Positions 8,427 to 17,693 of a stretch of DNA of 64,000 nucleotides are shown here, in pieces. Source of the stretch: a virus; IMG/VR virus record IMGVR_UViG_3300035698_010959. One strand, 5' to 3'. The translations under genes were made by a program, and so were the position numbers. The notes below the pieces were generated by a model. It saw nothing but the letters and a program-made list of their open reading frames with translations, had not been told where the DNA came from and ran no database searches. Each line of letters opens with the position of its first letter. Within the stretch, counting starts at the first letter, position 1.

Positions 8427-8730
8427 GTAGTTTTTCTTTTAGACTATCTAGTGTGGTTTTTCTTGTTACATTTGCTGTATGTGTTATAGTTCCTCCTTTT
8501 AGTAATACTTTTGACCAACTTACTACACTGAAGTTTTTTATTGTATATACTATTATATTTTTACATTTATTAGCAGCTATGTCGATTTTTATATTATCCC
8601 ACATACCTTCTATTGCTCTATTTAATTGGTGTTCTGTTATTATGTGAATATTAGTATTCCTCCTGTATGTGGTGGAAGTGTTACAGTATTTCCTGAGTCC
8701 CAGGTTCCTGTTCCGTATGCGTCTCTGCAA
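8419..8730 (-). CDS. hypothetical protein (true start uncertain, probably near 8643-8600)
   Basis: Fills the gap between the 843-aa gene and the Zn-ribbon; annotated start overlaps the upstream gene by 90 nt. Confidence 0.45.
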   Translation of the reverse strand: MQRRIRNRNLGLRKYCNTSTTYRRNTNIHIITEHQLNRAIEGMWDNIKIDIAANKCKNIIVYTIKNFSVVSWSKVLLKGGTITHTANVTRKTTLDSLKEKLHE

Positions 8731-11171
8731 TCGTTAGTAGCTGTCCATGTTTTATTTGTAGCATAACTATTTGCTAAGACAATTCCATTTGTGGCTGTTC
8801 GTTTTTGGAAAGCGTCTTTCCCTTCAGTTACTGCTACTGCTGTTGATGTCCAGGTTCCTAGACTTGCTAAAGGCGTATAGTCTAAGTAAATTGTTTCCGA
8901 GTTGGTTCCTGGTATATATTTTGCCATTCCAAGACTTGTATATGCGTTTTCTCCAAGTAGATAGCTTGCTAATCCAAAATATGCCCAACCTTGTTTTGGG
9001 TAGTTTGGATTATCTGCAACTATTGCTGGGTCTATGGCTGGATCCTTCAGTTTTACATACATATTTAAATACTGTGGACGTGTATTTGTTTCATTCCATT
9101 GCTCAATTGTGTGCATATCATTGATACAATCTACCCAATATCCAGAGGCATAGCTTCCACTAACTACTGTATTTGATGTTGTTGCTATAGTAATTGCTGT
9201 TGCTGTTGTTGTTATTAAATCAAGATTGTGTGCTGGAAGTGCTGTAAAACTTACCTCTGTTCCACCATTTACATAGTTTAAACTTTCTAGGTATGGGTAG
9301 TTCATAATAAACCCATTTTCCATGGCAGAGTATATTGATAGAGCTATTGCGTCATCATCTTGTGATGTTGGTATCATTTCAAAAAACCCACCAGATGCTC
9401 CTGTTCCATCAGTAAATTCACACTTATATACACTAGGTATATCTCCAATATCTAGGTAAATTTTATCTCCTGTTCCATCATTATTTGAGCCTAGAGTTAC
9501 TGTACCATTTACTGAAAAACTTGCTGAGTCAACTACAGCATAGTTACTAAATGCAATTTCATTTGATGTTCCATCTGTTGAGTTGTCTGCTGTATTGGCT
9601 GTATATCCGTCTGATGCTGGGTATGTTGCTGTTGGTACCCAGTTTTGTTTGACTAATAGTTCATCTGTTGAACTAACATCTGATATGTTTTCACCATAAG
9701 CATTTCTCCAAACATAATAACCAAGAGCATGTGCTGAGGTACATAGTGATTTTATCATGTTTTGTGTCATCCACGCCAGTCTTTCTGGCTGTAATATAAG
9801 GCCAGAAGAAGTATATTCTGTTAATACGGTAGTATCATCTACAAACATATACGTATAGGTATGACGTTGTAGTTTTTCTAATATTGGAGGTATGGATGCG
9901 TTTATGTATTCACTATTATCAAAGTTTGTGTAATAACTAGTTGGATATGATCCGAAATAAACAAAACCAGATACACCAAGCCCTCCCGATATTAACCATT
10001 CTGGATTGTTATTTGCTACATCATAGAAACCTAATGTATTAGGCATAGCTGGTAAATTATCGTTTTCAGCGTCTATTAAAGCTTGTGCTGTTGCTATTAT
10101 TACTCTTCCTGGTGTAATATACATCATATATTTACAATTTGGATTATAGTAATTTAGTCTTTGTTTTTTAGTGTCTTGTCCAATGGAGGAAAAAGCCATA
10201 AATGAACTATTTAGTGATGCTTGTTTATAGATATCAATGCAAGCTGAAGTAAAGCTTGCAATATTATATGGAGATCCATTCCCAGTAGATGGTATATTTA
10301 CCATTATTCTACTTCCATCACGTACTACATATACATGTATGTTATCTATATATATTCCAAAATCTGCTGTGGACGGCGTTGTCCCTGAATAGCTAATATA
10401 AGTACTTGCATATATTGGTAAGGGGTTAGTTGTTCCTGTAATAGTAAGTGTAGTTGACAGTGATTGTGTCTCTGTAGAAGTTATATCTGCATAAGCATAT
10501 TCTGAGGTTTGATTATCGGCAGGTAAGGTAGCTAGGGTAGCTAGTCTTATATATATCTTTGGATCTATTATTCCTGGTATATTTTCTAGATTTTCAGAAA
10601 TCTTTAAATGATCAACTACAAGTTCTAGTGTATCATCTCTTCCACACCATGTTGGATATGCGGTACTAGCAGTATTTGATAGATTTGTTATTAGTGTACC
10701 ATAGGGTAAAACTAGCCCTATCCAACTACTACCTGTTGTTGCTCCAGTTATACCAAAGTATTGTGCAACTGTTCCACTTACACCTTCTCCATCTGCTAAT
10801 TGGTATTTTATGTTTCCAGTTGGGTGTATAGTGGCACTTGAACGTCTACACCATCCAACTCCAGTTTCATCTGTTGTTCCAGATAATACAAATCCACAAT
10901 TTAGTTGTGCAATATCGTCAGACATTGGATATGTCCATATTTCTTTTGGATTTGCTGTATAGTCAAGCCCTGTAACTGGATCTGTTACTATGTTTGTATA
11001 GTAAGATGTCCAGTCTACATATGTACCTGCTACTGTAAAATTTCCAATTCCTCCTAATAAATCTAAAGGTACTTGTGCTGTTGTTGTAGCAGTAGGAAGA
11101 GTTTCTCCAACATCTTGTCCTAGAGTTATATTTATATGTGTTGGTATATTTGGATAAGTATAGCTTGTCAT
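8640..11171 (-). CDS. large Thr-rich protein, putative glycoside-hydrolase-like (GHL15-like) virion or adsorption protein
   Basis: C-terminus YFGLASYLLG..LG..FQKRTATNGIVLAN..VTLPPHTGGIL resembles the GHL15-type tail; beta-rich N-terminal region. Confidence 0.5.
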   Translation of the reverse strand: MTSYTYPNIPTHINITLGQDVGETLPTATTTAQVPLDLLGGIGNFTVAGTYVDWTSYYTNIVTDPVTGLDYTANPKEIWTYPMSDDIAQLNCGFVLSGTTDETGVGWCRRSSATIHPTGNIKYQLADGEGVSGTVAQYFGITGATTGSSWIGLVLPYGTLITNLSNTASTAYPTWCGRDDTLELVVDHLKISENLENIPGIIDPKIYIRLATLATLPADNQTSEYAYADITSTETQSLSTTLTITGTTNPLPIYASTYISYSGTTPSTADFGIYIDNIHVYVVRDGSRIMVNIPSTGNGSPYNIASFTSACIDIYKQASLNSSFMAFSSIGQDTKKQRLNYYNPNCKYMMYITPGRVIIATAQALIDAENDNLPAMPNTLGFYDVANNNPEWLISGGLGVSGFVYFGSYPTSYYTNFDNSEYINASIPPILEKLQRHTYTYMFVDDTTVLTEYTSSGLILQPERLAWMTQNMIKSLCTSAHALGYYVWRNAYGENISDVSSTDELLVKQNWVPTATYPASDGYTANTADNSTDGTSNEIAFSNYAVVDSASFSVNGTVTLGSNNDGTGDKIYLDIGDIPSVYKCEFTDGTGASGGFFEMIPTSQDDDAIALSIYSAMENGFIMNYPYLESLNYVNGGTEVSFTALPAHNLDLITTTATAITIATTSNTVVSGSYASGYWVDCINDMHTIEQWNETNTRPQYLNMYVKLKDPAIDPAIVADNPNYPKQGWAYFGLASYLLGENAYTSLGMAKYIPGTNSETIYLDYTPLASLGTWTSTAVAVTEGKDAFQKRTATNGIVLANSYATNKTWTATNDCRDAYGTGTWDSGNTVTLPPHTGGILIFT

Positions 11172-11228
11172 TATATGTATGTAATCCTGTAGAGGTAGGT
11201 AGATGTGTCGTGCGTGTCATGTGGAAGA

Positions 11229-11304
11229 TGGCTCCTCGACCTGGAATCGAACCAGGACTACCTCGATTAACAGTCGAGTGCTTTGCCAATTAAGCTATCG
11301 AGGA
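11229..11304 (-). tRNA. tRNA-Asn(GTT)
   Basis: TCCTCGA/TCGAGGA acceptor, CTCGA-CT-GTT-AA-TCGAG, CCTGG-TTCGATT-CCAGG, GCCA. Confidence 0.96.
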
Positions 11305-11337
11305 GCGCGTATATCTTTATTATGGAGAATGGATGGT

Positions 11338-11940
11338 TTATATAGCTTTGTTTAGCATTGCTGCTATTTCTTTAGCTCTTAAATACTCTGTTACAGTTGT
11401 AGCTGCTTCTTGTGCTACTTGTAGATTTATCATGATAAATCCAGCTATAATTGGAGTATTTCCCTTCTTCATGAAGCCACCATTTGGTGTTTTATCTGCT
11501 TCAAATATCTCTAATGAAAACTGTATAGCAGGTCCTATACGAAGAGGATTACCATCCTTATCTTTATCCTTGTATTCTATTTTTAGAGTTCTAGAAATAA
11601 ATGGTATGTCTGGTTGTTTTACTGCCGCGCCTGTTCCTCCTCCAAAATTTTCTAATACTATTCCTTGCTTTAATGTGCCATTTAACATCTTATGAAAAAA
11701 TGCTCTAGCTTTTGCTATAGGTAAAAAGTGCTGTATATGTTTTGATGGTTTATTACCACTTGGATCATATTCAGTTAAACTTAGTACAAGCTTTCCTTCA
11801 CTTAGTTCATCTTTGGTTAATTCAAATTCTCCAAGATGTGAGAAATCCATTACTCTTCCAGCAGATTTACTTTGTGTATTTACTTTAGTAATTACTGTTC
11901 TTCGTTGTTGCTGTTGTGGTTGTTCTTGATTATTTGACAT
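11338..11940 (-). CDS. hypothetical protein
   Basis: ATG 11940 after GAAGGA; lies downstream of the promoter at 12030-12058. Confidence 0.75.
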   Translation of the reverse strand: MSNNQEQPQQQQRRTVITKVNTQSKSAGRVMDFSHLGEFELTKDELSEGKLVLSLTEYDPSGNKPSKHIQHFLPIAKARAFFHKMLNGTLKQGIVLENFGGGTGAAVKQPDIPFISRTLKIEYKDKDKDGNPLRIGPAIQFSLEIFEADKTPNGGFMKKGNTPIIAGFIMINLQVAQEAATTVTEYLRAKEIAAMLNKAI

Positions 11941-12029
11941 GGTTTCTTTTCCTTCTAAATGGATTTCCTTTTTTAATTGGAAATACATTCTAATATTTGT
12001 CAGGCTATTAGATGCCTTTACTATTATAT

Positions 12030-12058
12030 ATTATAGCATATTTTATCATTTTTTTCAA
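12030..12058 (-). promoter_or_regulatory. sigma70-type promoter at the structural/accessory boundary
   Basis: TTGAAA-17 nt-TATAAT with TGC extended -10 and A-rich UP-like region. Confidence 0.75.
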
Positions 12059-12075
12059 GTTTTTTATTTGTCAAA

Positions 12076-13191
12076 TTAAGAACTCCATTCGGATTGAACG
12101 TAAGTTAGTAATGGAGTACTACCAGCTGATTGCTGTGTTAGTGCTAATTCTACTTTCTTTCCTGATCCACCATTTACTGTTTTTGATATATACGCAAGAG
12201 CTGCTGGTGATTTTCCAAATAAAGTATATGTTGGACTGTTGTATGTTGAGTCTGCTACTGTAGGGGCAAAGTTTACATTTAAAGAGCTAGTTGCTGAGAA
12301 GTCTAACATCTTTAATTCTAATTTTGTAAATCCCCAATACAAGCTAGATGCGTCTACTATACGTAGTCGTATTCGTATTTCTGAGATATCCGTTGCTGGA
12401 AAAAGTAGTCTTGTATTTCCAATTAAAGGTACTGTTGCTCCATTATAGCCTGGTAAATAAGCTAAATCACAAGAGATCCAAGATCCAAGTAAGTTTTTAT
12501 ATTCTACTGATACAAGTGTATGTGTAAGCGTTGGAAACGGATGTAATATTATTGTATTTGCTAAAGCATTTGTAAATACCTCTGCTGGTATTTTTGCTTT
12601 TATCCATACGTCACATGTTTCTGAAACTTCTCTTGTCCATGCTGTATCTAATCTTTGGTCTAGACAATAGATATAATTATCATCATATAAATATTCATAT
12701 TCTTGTGGTACAATTGTGGCTGCAGGTGTACTTACGTAACCTATACTAGAAGAATCTGGTATCCAAATATCTCCATTTGAATCTTCTGTTACTAGCTTGT
12801 CTTGTGTGTTTGTTATGTTTAGAGTTGCTTGTCCATATGTAAGATTTACATCTGCTGAAGTTGCTGATGTATCTGTTGGAGGAGATATTCCTTCTAGTGT
12901 ATACATATCTACTATTGTAGTATTGTAGGTTGTTCCAAGACCAGAAGCTAAGGTTGTTAATGACGTATTTAGAGATGTTATTTTTGAAGCAAGGGCGGTG
13001 GATTGTGCTGTGAATATGTTATTTGATATTGCTATTGCTGTCTCTAACTTAGCTATTCGTGATGTCAATGTTAGTAGATCACTTCGTAGATTATCATTCA
13101 TACTTTGTATTATATCTGAACTTGATTGTCCACCACGATTAATAGTTGGATTGTTTGCTGTTTCTATTAGATTATGTGCTGATCTTAGCAT
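12076..13191 (-). CDS. putative virion structural protein (coiled coil plus beta domains)
   Basis: ATG 13191 after TAAT; N-terminal coiled coil, C-terminal STPLLTYV motif shared with neighbours. Confidence 0.65.
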   Translation of the reverse strand: MLRSAHNLIETANNPTINRGGQSSSDIIQSMNDNLRSDLLTLTSRIAKLETAIAISNNIFTAQSTALASKITSLNTSLTTLASGLGTTYNTTIVDMYTLEGISPPTDTSATSADVNLTYGQATLNITNTQDKLVTEDSNGDIWIPDSSSIGYVSTPAATIVPQEYEYLYDDNYIYCLDQRLDTAWTREVSETCDVWIKAKIPAEVFTNALANTIILHPFPTLTHTLVSVEYKNLLGSWISCDLAYLPGYNGATVPLIGNTRLLFPATDISEIRIRLRIVDASSLYWGFTKLELKMLDFSATSSLNVNFAPTVADSTYNSPTYTLFGKSPAALAYISKTVNGGSGKKVELALTQQSAGSTPLLTYVQSEWSS

Positions 13192-13192
13192 A

Positions 13193-13429
13193 TTAGTATA
13201 TGATTCTCCTTGCAAAGCCTACGAGCAGTTTTGCTTTTTGCAGTGCTGCCTGATATGTTGTATCTAAAGTTGTAAAATTACTTGGAATTTGTGTTTCATA
13301 AGAGTTTTCTAATCCAGCTGTTGATCTTACTAGTTTTGTTAAGTCACTTACTGAAGCACCTAATTGAACTACAAATTTTCTAGATTCTCTTAATCCTCTA
13401 TATCTAAAGTTTACTGGTGGTGTTTGCAT
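13193..13429 (-). CDS. small hypothetical virion protein
   Basis: 78-aa ORF tightly packed in the structural cluster. Confidence 0.65.
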   Translation of the reverse strand: MQTPPVNFRYRGLRESRKFVVQLGASVSDLTKLVRSTAGLENSYETQIPSNFTTLDTTYQAALQKAKLLVGFARRIIY

Positions 13430-13440
13430 TTGATGTTTTC

Positions 13441-15630
13441 CTAATTTAAGTAAAGTGTATAACCATATAGTTTTGGTGTTGTATTTACTTCTGATGTTTT
13501 TGAAAGTTCAAACTTTAATCTTATGGCATTTAACATATCTTCACTACTTCTATTGAAATTTAGATGTAATACTGGTTTCATTGGAAGGTTTATTCCATCT
13601 AATACTGCTGAACTTTGTGTTGGATCAAAGTTTAGTAATACTTTCCAAGAAGAGTTTGGGTCTAGTCTACTTGCCCATGCCCAATAATCTTTTGATCCAA
13701 GAGGTATAGAATACTTTAGCTCAAATTCTGATATATTTTTTTGATATCCATATGTAGCTTGTACTTTATAAGACGTTGTATCAAATCCTAGTATGTTTGG
13801 TCTAAAGTATAATCCAACTGCTGATGTTGCTAATCCTGTTTGATCAACATCAGTAGCCCCTATTCCTGGAAAATACATATATATTTCTAACTTATTCCAT
13901 CCTTTTTTAAATGAGTATGTAGCCGTATAGTCATTTATCCCTACACTTTCTAAGTTTGTAAATGAAGTTTTTGAATATAGTATAGATCTATCATTTAAAT
14001 ATATATGGAAAGGAGCAACAACTGGAGAACCTGTTCCGCCATATACAGCTGGATTATATACTAGACATGGTTGTTCTATTAATAACATATCTGATGGAGT
14101 ATGTATATATGATGTAAATCTATAGTTTCCTCCAGAGGTTAATAGTGTATTTCCTGCTCCATCCAACAAACCAACTACTAACCATTCAGCTGTTCCAGTT
14201 GTTTGTTCTGCTACTTCACACATCATGTTTTTTGCTACTGACATGCATGCCCCATCGCTTATTGCGTCTGATGTAGCTGCTGTGGATATTGGAGTAAAGT
14301 ATCCTTGTAATGCGTTTATCCTATTGTCCCAGTCTGCTTTTGATGGTACATGATTTGGATCTCCTTCATCATTCCATGTATAATTGAAATACTCTACAAG
14401 GAATTGTCTATTTCCTTTTGTAAGTGCTTCTGTTCCTATTAGTACATTACTTCCAGCAATTAGTGAAGAATATAATGGTACAGGTGTACTTGCGTCTATA
14501 GTTACAAAGTCTTTTTTATCTAGTTGTATACTTTGTGATAGTATTGATGCTAATACTACTGGGTTTGTATCTATTCTTATCCAGTTTTGTGGCAAGTTAA
14601 TATCATCTGCTGTTATGTATGCTTTTATATCTGTGCCTTTTGGAAGATAAGTATCTACAGATATCTCAGCCATTTGAATAGGAACTTTTGTATTAGATAC
14701 ATCTAAAGCATTTAATGTAATTGTTTCTACTACCGCATTGTTGGCAAAGTTTATAACTAGCGGTTTTATTTGACGTATACCTACATCTTGTCCAGTTATA
14801 AATATCTTAAAGTAATTTGCCTGTATTGTATCAAATGACCAGGTTTTTGGTGTATTTATATCTCCTGCTAGCAGTGAGTAGAAATTAAATCCATCATTTG
14901 ACCATTCTATTTTAATGTTTAGAGATGTAAGCGGGTCTACATAAAACCCATTTATGGTTTGTAATGTATTTGATATACGTATTGTTGCTATGTATGTATT
15001 ATCGTTTAAAACCGCTTGCCATGCTGTGTTTTGAAAGCTTGTAAGTATATCATAAAAACTACCATATTGTTCTATACCTTGTGGTAAAAGTGTTTCTATT
15101 ATTTCTGTGTTTGATAAATCTATTGGTGAGAGCGTAGATATCGCTCTTGGTAGAATAGCGGCTCCTTCATCTAAGTCTAGTTCTGCTGTGGTTTCTAATA
15201 GGTCTATACTATCTGTGCTTACAAGTGTATCATAGAATGTATACCTTACTCCTTTAGAAAAGAAACTTAATAGTCTTTCTATATTTTGATTTATTTTTTG
15301 TAGTCTTCTTCTTAGAAAAGAGTGCTTTGATGAAAATGATTGATAATGAGTTAAAGCTTTTTCTGCCGAGTTTACTATCTCTTCATACAATACTGTAGTA
15401 TCATCAGCCAGCTCTGTATAGGTATCATATATGTCTGTTCCGTTTTCTCCCCCTACTCGTGTTCCTCTAACAGCTGGTCTGAGTGTAGTTGTAGGTGTTC
15501 CCCATATCTTACCTACTAGTTTTCTACCTGCTTCATTTATTAAAGTTTGTATAGATGGAACTATACCTTTTTGAAGATGTTTCTTTAATACTACATCTAA
15601 TAGATATTTTTTTTGTCTAGTGCCTATCAT
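13441..15630 (-). CDS. putative baseplate/tail structural protein
   Basis: N-terminal coiled coil, discoidin/galactose-binding-like middle (IEWSNDG..W..IQANYFKI), C-terminal IRLKFEL..TPKLYGY. Confidence 0.65.
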   Translation of the reverse strand: MIGTRQKKYLLDVVLKKHLQKGIVPSIQTLINEAGRKLVGKIWGTPTTTLRPAVRGTRVGGENGTDIYDTYTELADDTTVLYEEIVNSAEKALTHYQSFSSKHSFLRRRLQKINQNIERLLSFFSKGVRYTFYDTLVSTDSIDLLETTAELDLDEGAAILPRAISTLSPIDLSNTEIIETLLPQGIEQYGSFYDILTSFQNTAWQAVLNDNTYIATIRISNTLQTINGFYVDPLTSLNIKIEWSNDGFNFYSLLAGDINTPKTWSFDTIQANYFKIFITGQDVGIRQIKPLVINFANNAVVETITLNALDVSNTKVPIQMAEISVDTYLPKGTDIKAYITADDINLPQNWIRIDTNPVVLASILSQSIQLDKKDFVTIDASTPVPLYSSLIAGSNVLIGTEALTKGNRQFLVEYFNYTWNDEGDPNHVPSKADWDNRINALQGYFTPISTAATSDAISDGACMSVAKNMMCEVAEQTTGTAEWLVVGLLDGAGNTLLTSGGNYRFTSYIHTPSDMLLIEQPCLVYNPAVYGGTGSPVVAPFHIYLNDRSILYSKTSFTNLESVGINDYTATYSFKKGWNKLEIYMYFPGIGATDVDQTGLATSAVGLYFRPNILGFDTTSYKVQATYGYQKNISEFELKYSIPLGSKDYWAWASRLDPNSSWKVLLNFDPTQSSAVLDGINLPMKPVLHLNFNRSSEDMLNAIRLKFELSKTSEVNTTPKLYGYTLYLN

Positions 15631-15637
15631 AATAATC

Positions 15638-17689
15638 CTATACTGGTACCGCCTTTATAGCATAGTAGGTTAATACTGGAGAACCATTTGGTTTGTTTTC
15701 TGGTCTTGATAGTGTTGCTCTAAAATAGATAGAGGTTGTTTCTTCTGGAAACTCTACTACTGTATTTGGTAAGTCTTCTCTTTGTGGTTCAATATCATAC
15801 CAGTCTACCCCATTTGGACTTAGTTGATATGTTATCCACTTTGAGGTTGTTGGCCAGAATTGTGGTATTGTTTCTCCAACAATTAGTGAAGCTGCTTTTA
15901 TTGGTTTTTCAAATAAAAACTCTGTTGATTGGTGTATTCCTGTTATACCATATTCTCGTTGTAGTAATCTTAAATCTTTTATACCAATTGAGTATCTATA
16001 TGCTTCGAAGATATCAAAATATTGTTGTACGCCTAGCTCTGTTTCTACGTGATATGAAGAAAAGATACTACCTAATCCACCAAATACAAATCCAAGTGCT
16101 GCTCCAAGAGGTGTTCCATATTGTAACCATCCTATTATTCCACCTGCTACGTTAGATAGAAATCCTCCACCACCAGCACTAGATGTTTGTTGTTCTACTT
16201 CTGTATTTGGTACTCTACTATAGTATGTTATATCCTTTGTTACTTTTCTTGGTGGGAATCCTCTCATGAAGGAGTTCTGTATTCGTGTTGCTTTTACAAA
16301 GAACTGGTGGCCTATTAAAGTTTTATAAGCTTCTGGTTGTGCTAGTTCTAGTTTTAATTGTTTTACTTTTGGAACATCACAAGCTACTACTGCTATTCCA
16401 TTTGTGTTTTTTACTGGTATTCCAGTTGATGTATTGTTTATTGGTTGTTGTATATTTGGTGTAAGATACAATGGCCTTTCTAGTAACTCTACCCAGGTTC
16501 CTCCTCCTTCAGGTAGAACAGATACACTTGTTAAATCTTCTTTTGGTGGTCCATCTGTTGGTAGATAAGGAGTCAGCTCTATCCAAGATAAATCTACTGG
16601 TGTTTCAAATGTTACTATTATTGTTAGAGGTAATATTGTTGTTGGTCTATCTAATCCTGCGTAAGGACTTACAACCCAATATGGTCCACTACTTTCAGAC
16701 TCTCCTGGCCATTTTACATAATACTTCCATCCATAATCTTGTGTTATGTTTTCTGAATAATCTAAAGAAGCAGCAACATCTTTATATAATGCTTTTAGAT
16801 TTTGTTGGTCTGCTGAGGTCCAAATAGGTCCATGTATTACAACATGTGGACTACCATTTGAGTCTGCGATGTATGCTCCTCGTGAATCATCTGGTCCAAA
16901 TACTTTTAATGTTTGTACTGTTGGTAGTGTATAGTTTTCCCATTCAAACCATGTTGTTGGATTTTCATCATTTATGTTTCTTAAATCCCCAGAGTGTACT
17001 TGTTCACTTCCAATAAATGTAGGAGCTAATGGTTGGTCATCTGCTTCAGCATTAGCAGGATATCCTATATCGGAAATTTCCATATTATTTCCTGCTACGG
17101 CTCCAACTATTCCATTACTAACTGTTGGTTTTTGAACTACTATGTTTTCTACATTATAAGCTAAAGTTGTTTCTCCAATAACTGGGAGCTGTATTGCTCC
17201 TATTGTAGAAGACCACCAAGTTGTGCTTATATTTAAATCTATTTTTGTATTACTGTTTAGTGTATCTCCAGCCCATTGAAAGTTTGGGTCTGAATCATTT
17301 GTCCATAGTATTAGTTCATTTGTTTTTCTCTGTGTATCTGCTAACATATCTGATATCCCAGACCGTTCTAAACTACATAGATTTATTAGTGATTTAGTAG
17401 CAGATCTAAGTTTATCTAGTTGTGTAAATCCTACAGATAAGTCTTCATTTAATTCTATCATTGGAGATACAAGAGTAGAGAGACGTAGTATATCTCCTTT
17501 TCTCATCTCTCGTGGTTTTATTGTAGGCTTACCAAGTAAGTTAAAGAAGTTTAAGTATTCTTGTGTTGTTTGTGCAAGAAGATCAGATTCGAAACTAAGC
17601 TTTCCAGCGTTAAAATTTTCTACTAACCGTGTTAATGCATTTCCTGCTCGTTGTTCATTTATGTCTAGTAGTTGTTTAAATGTTGCCAT
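15638..17689 (-). CDS. putative baseplate/tail structural protein with Gly-rich hydrophobic insert
   Basis: Same architecture as neighbours; YQLSPNG..W..IYFRATL..SPVLTYY; GGGGFLSNVAGGIIG..LGAALGFVFGGLG segment. Confidence 0.65.
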   Translation of the reverse strand: MATFKQLLDINEQRAGNALTRLVENFNAGKLSFESDLLAQTTQEYLNFFNLLGKPTIKPREMRKGDILRLSTLVSPMIELNEDLSVGFTQLDKLRSATKSLINLCSLERSGISDMLADTQRKTNELILWTNDSDPNFQWAGDTLNSNTKIDLNISTTWWSSTIGAIQLPVIGETTLAYNVENIVVQKPTVSNGIVGAVAGNNMEISDIGYPANAEADDQPLAPTFIGSEQVHSGDLRNINDENPTTWFEWENYTLPTVQTLKVFGPDDSRGAYIADSNGSPHVVIHGPIWTSADQQNLKALYKDVAASLDYSENITQDYGWKYYVKWPGESESSGPYWVVSPYAGLDRPTTILPLTIIVTFETPVDLSWIELTPYLPTDGPPKEDLTSVSVLPEGGGTWVELLERPLYLTPNIQQPINNTSTGIPVKNTNGIAVVACDVPKVKQLKLELAQPEAYKTLIGHQFFVKATRIQNSFMRGFPPRKVTKDITYYSRVPNTEVEQQTSSAGGGGFLSNVAGGIIGWLQYGTPLGAALGFVFGGLGSIFSSYHVETELGVQQYFDIFEAYRYSIGIKDLRLLQREYGITGIHQSTEFLFEKPIKAASLIVGETIPQFWPTTSKWITYQLSPNGVDWYDIEPQREDLPNTVVEFPEETTSIYFRATLSRPENKPNGSPVLTYYAIKAVPV

Positions 17690-17693
17690 ATAC

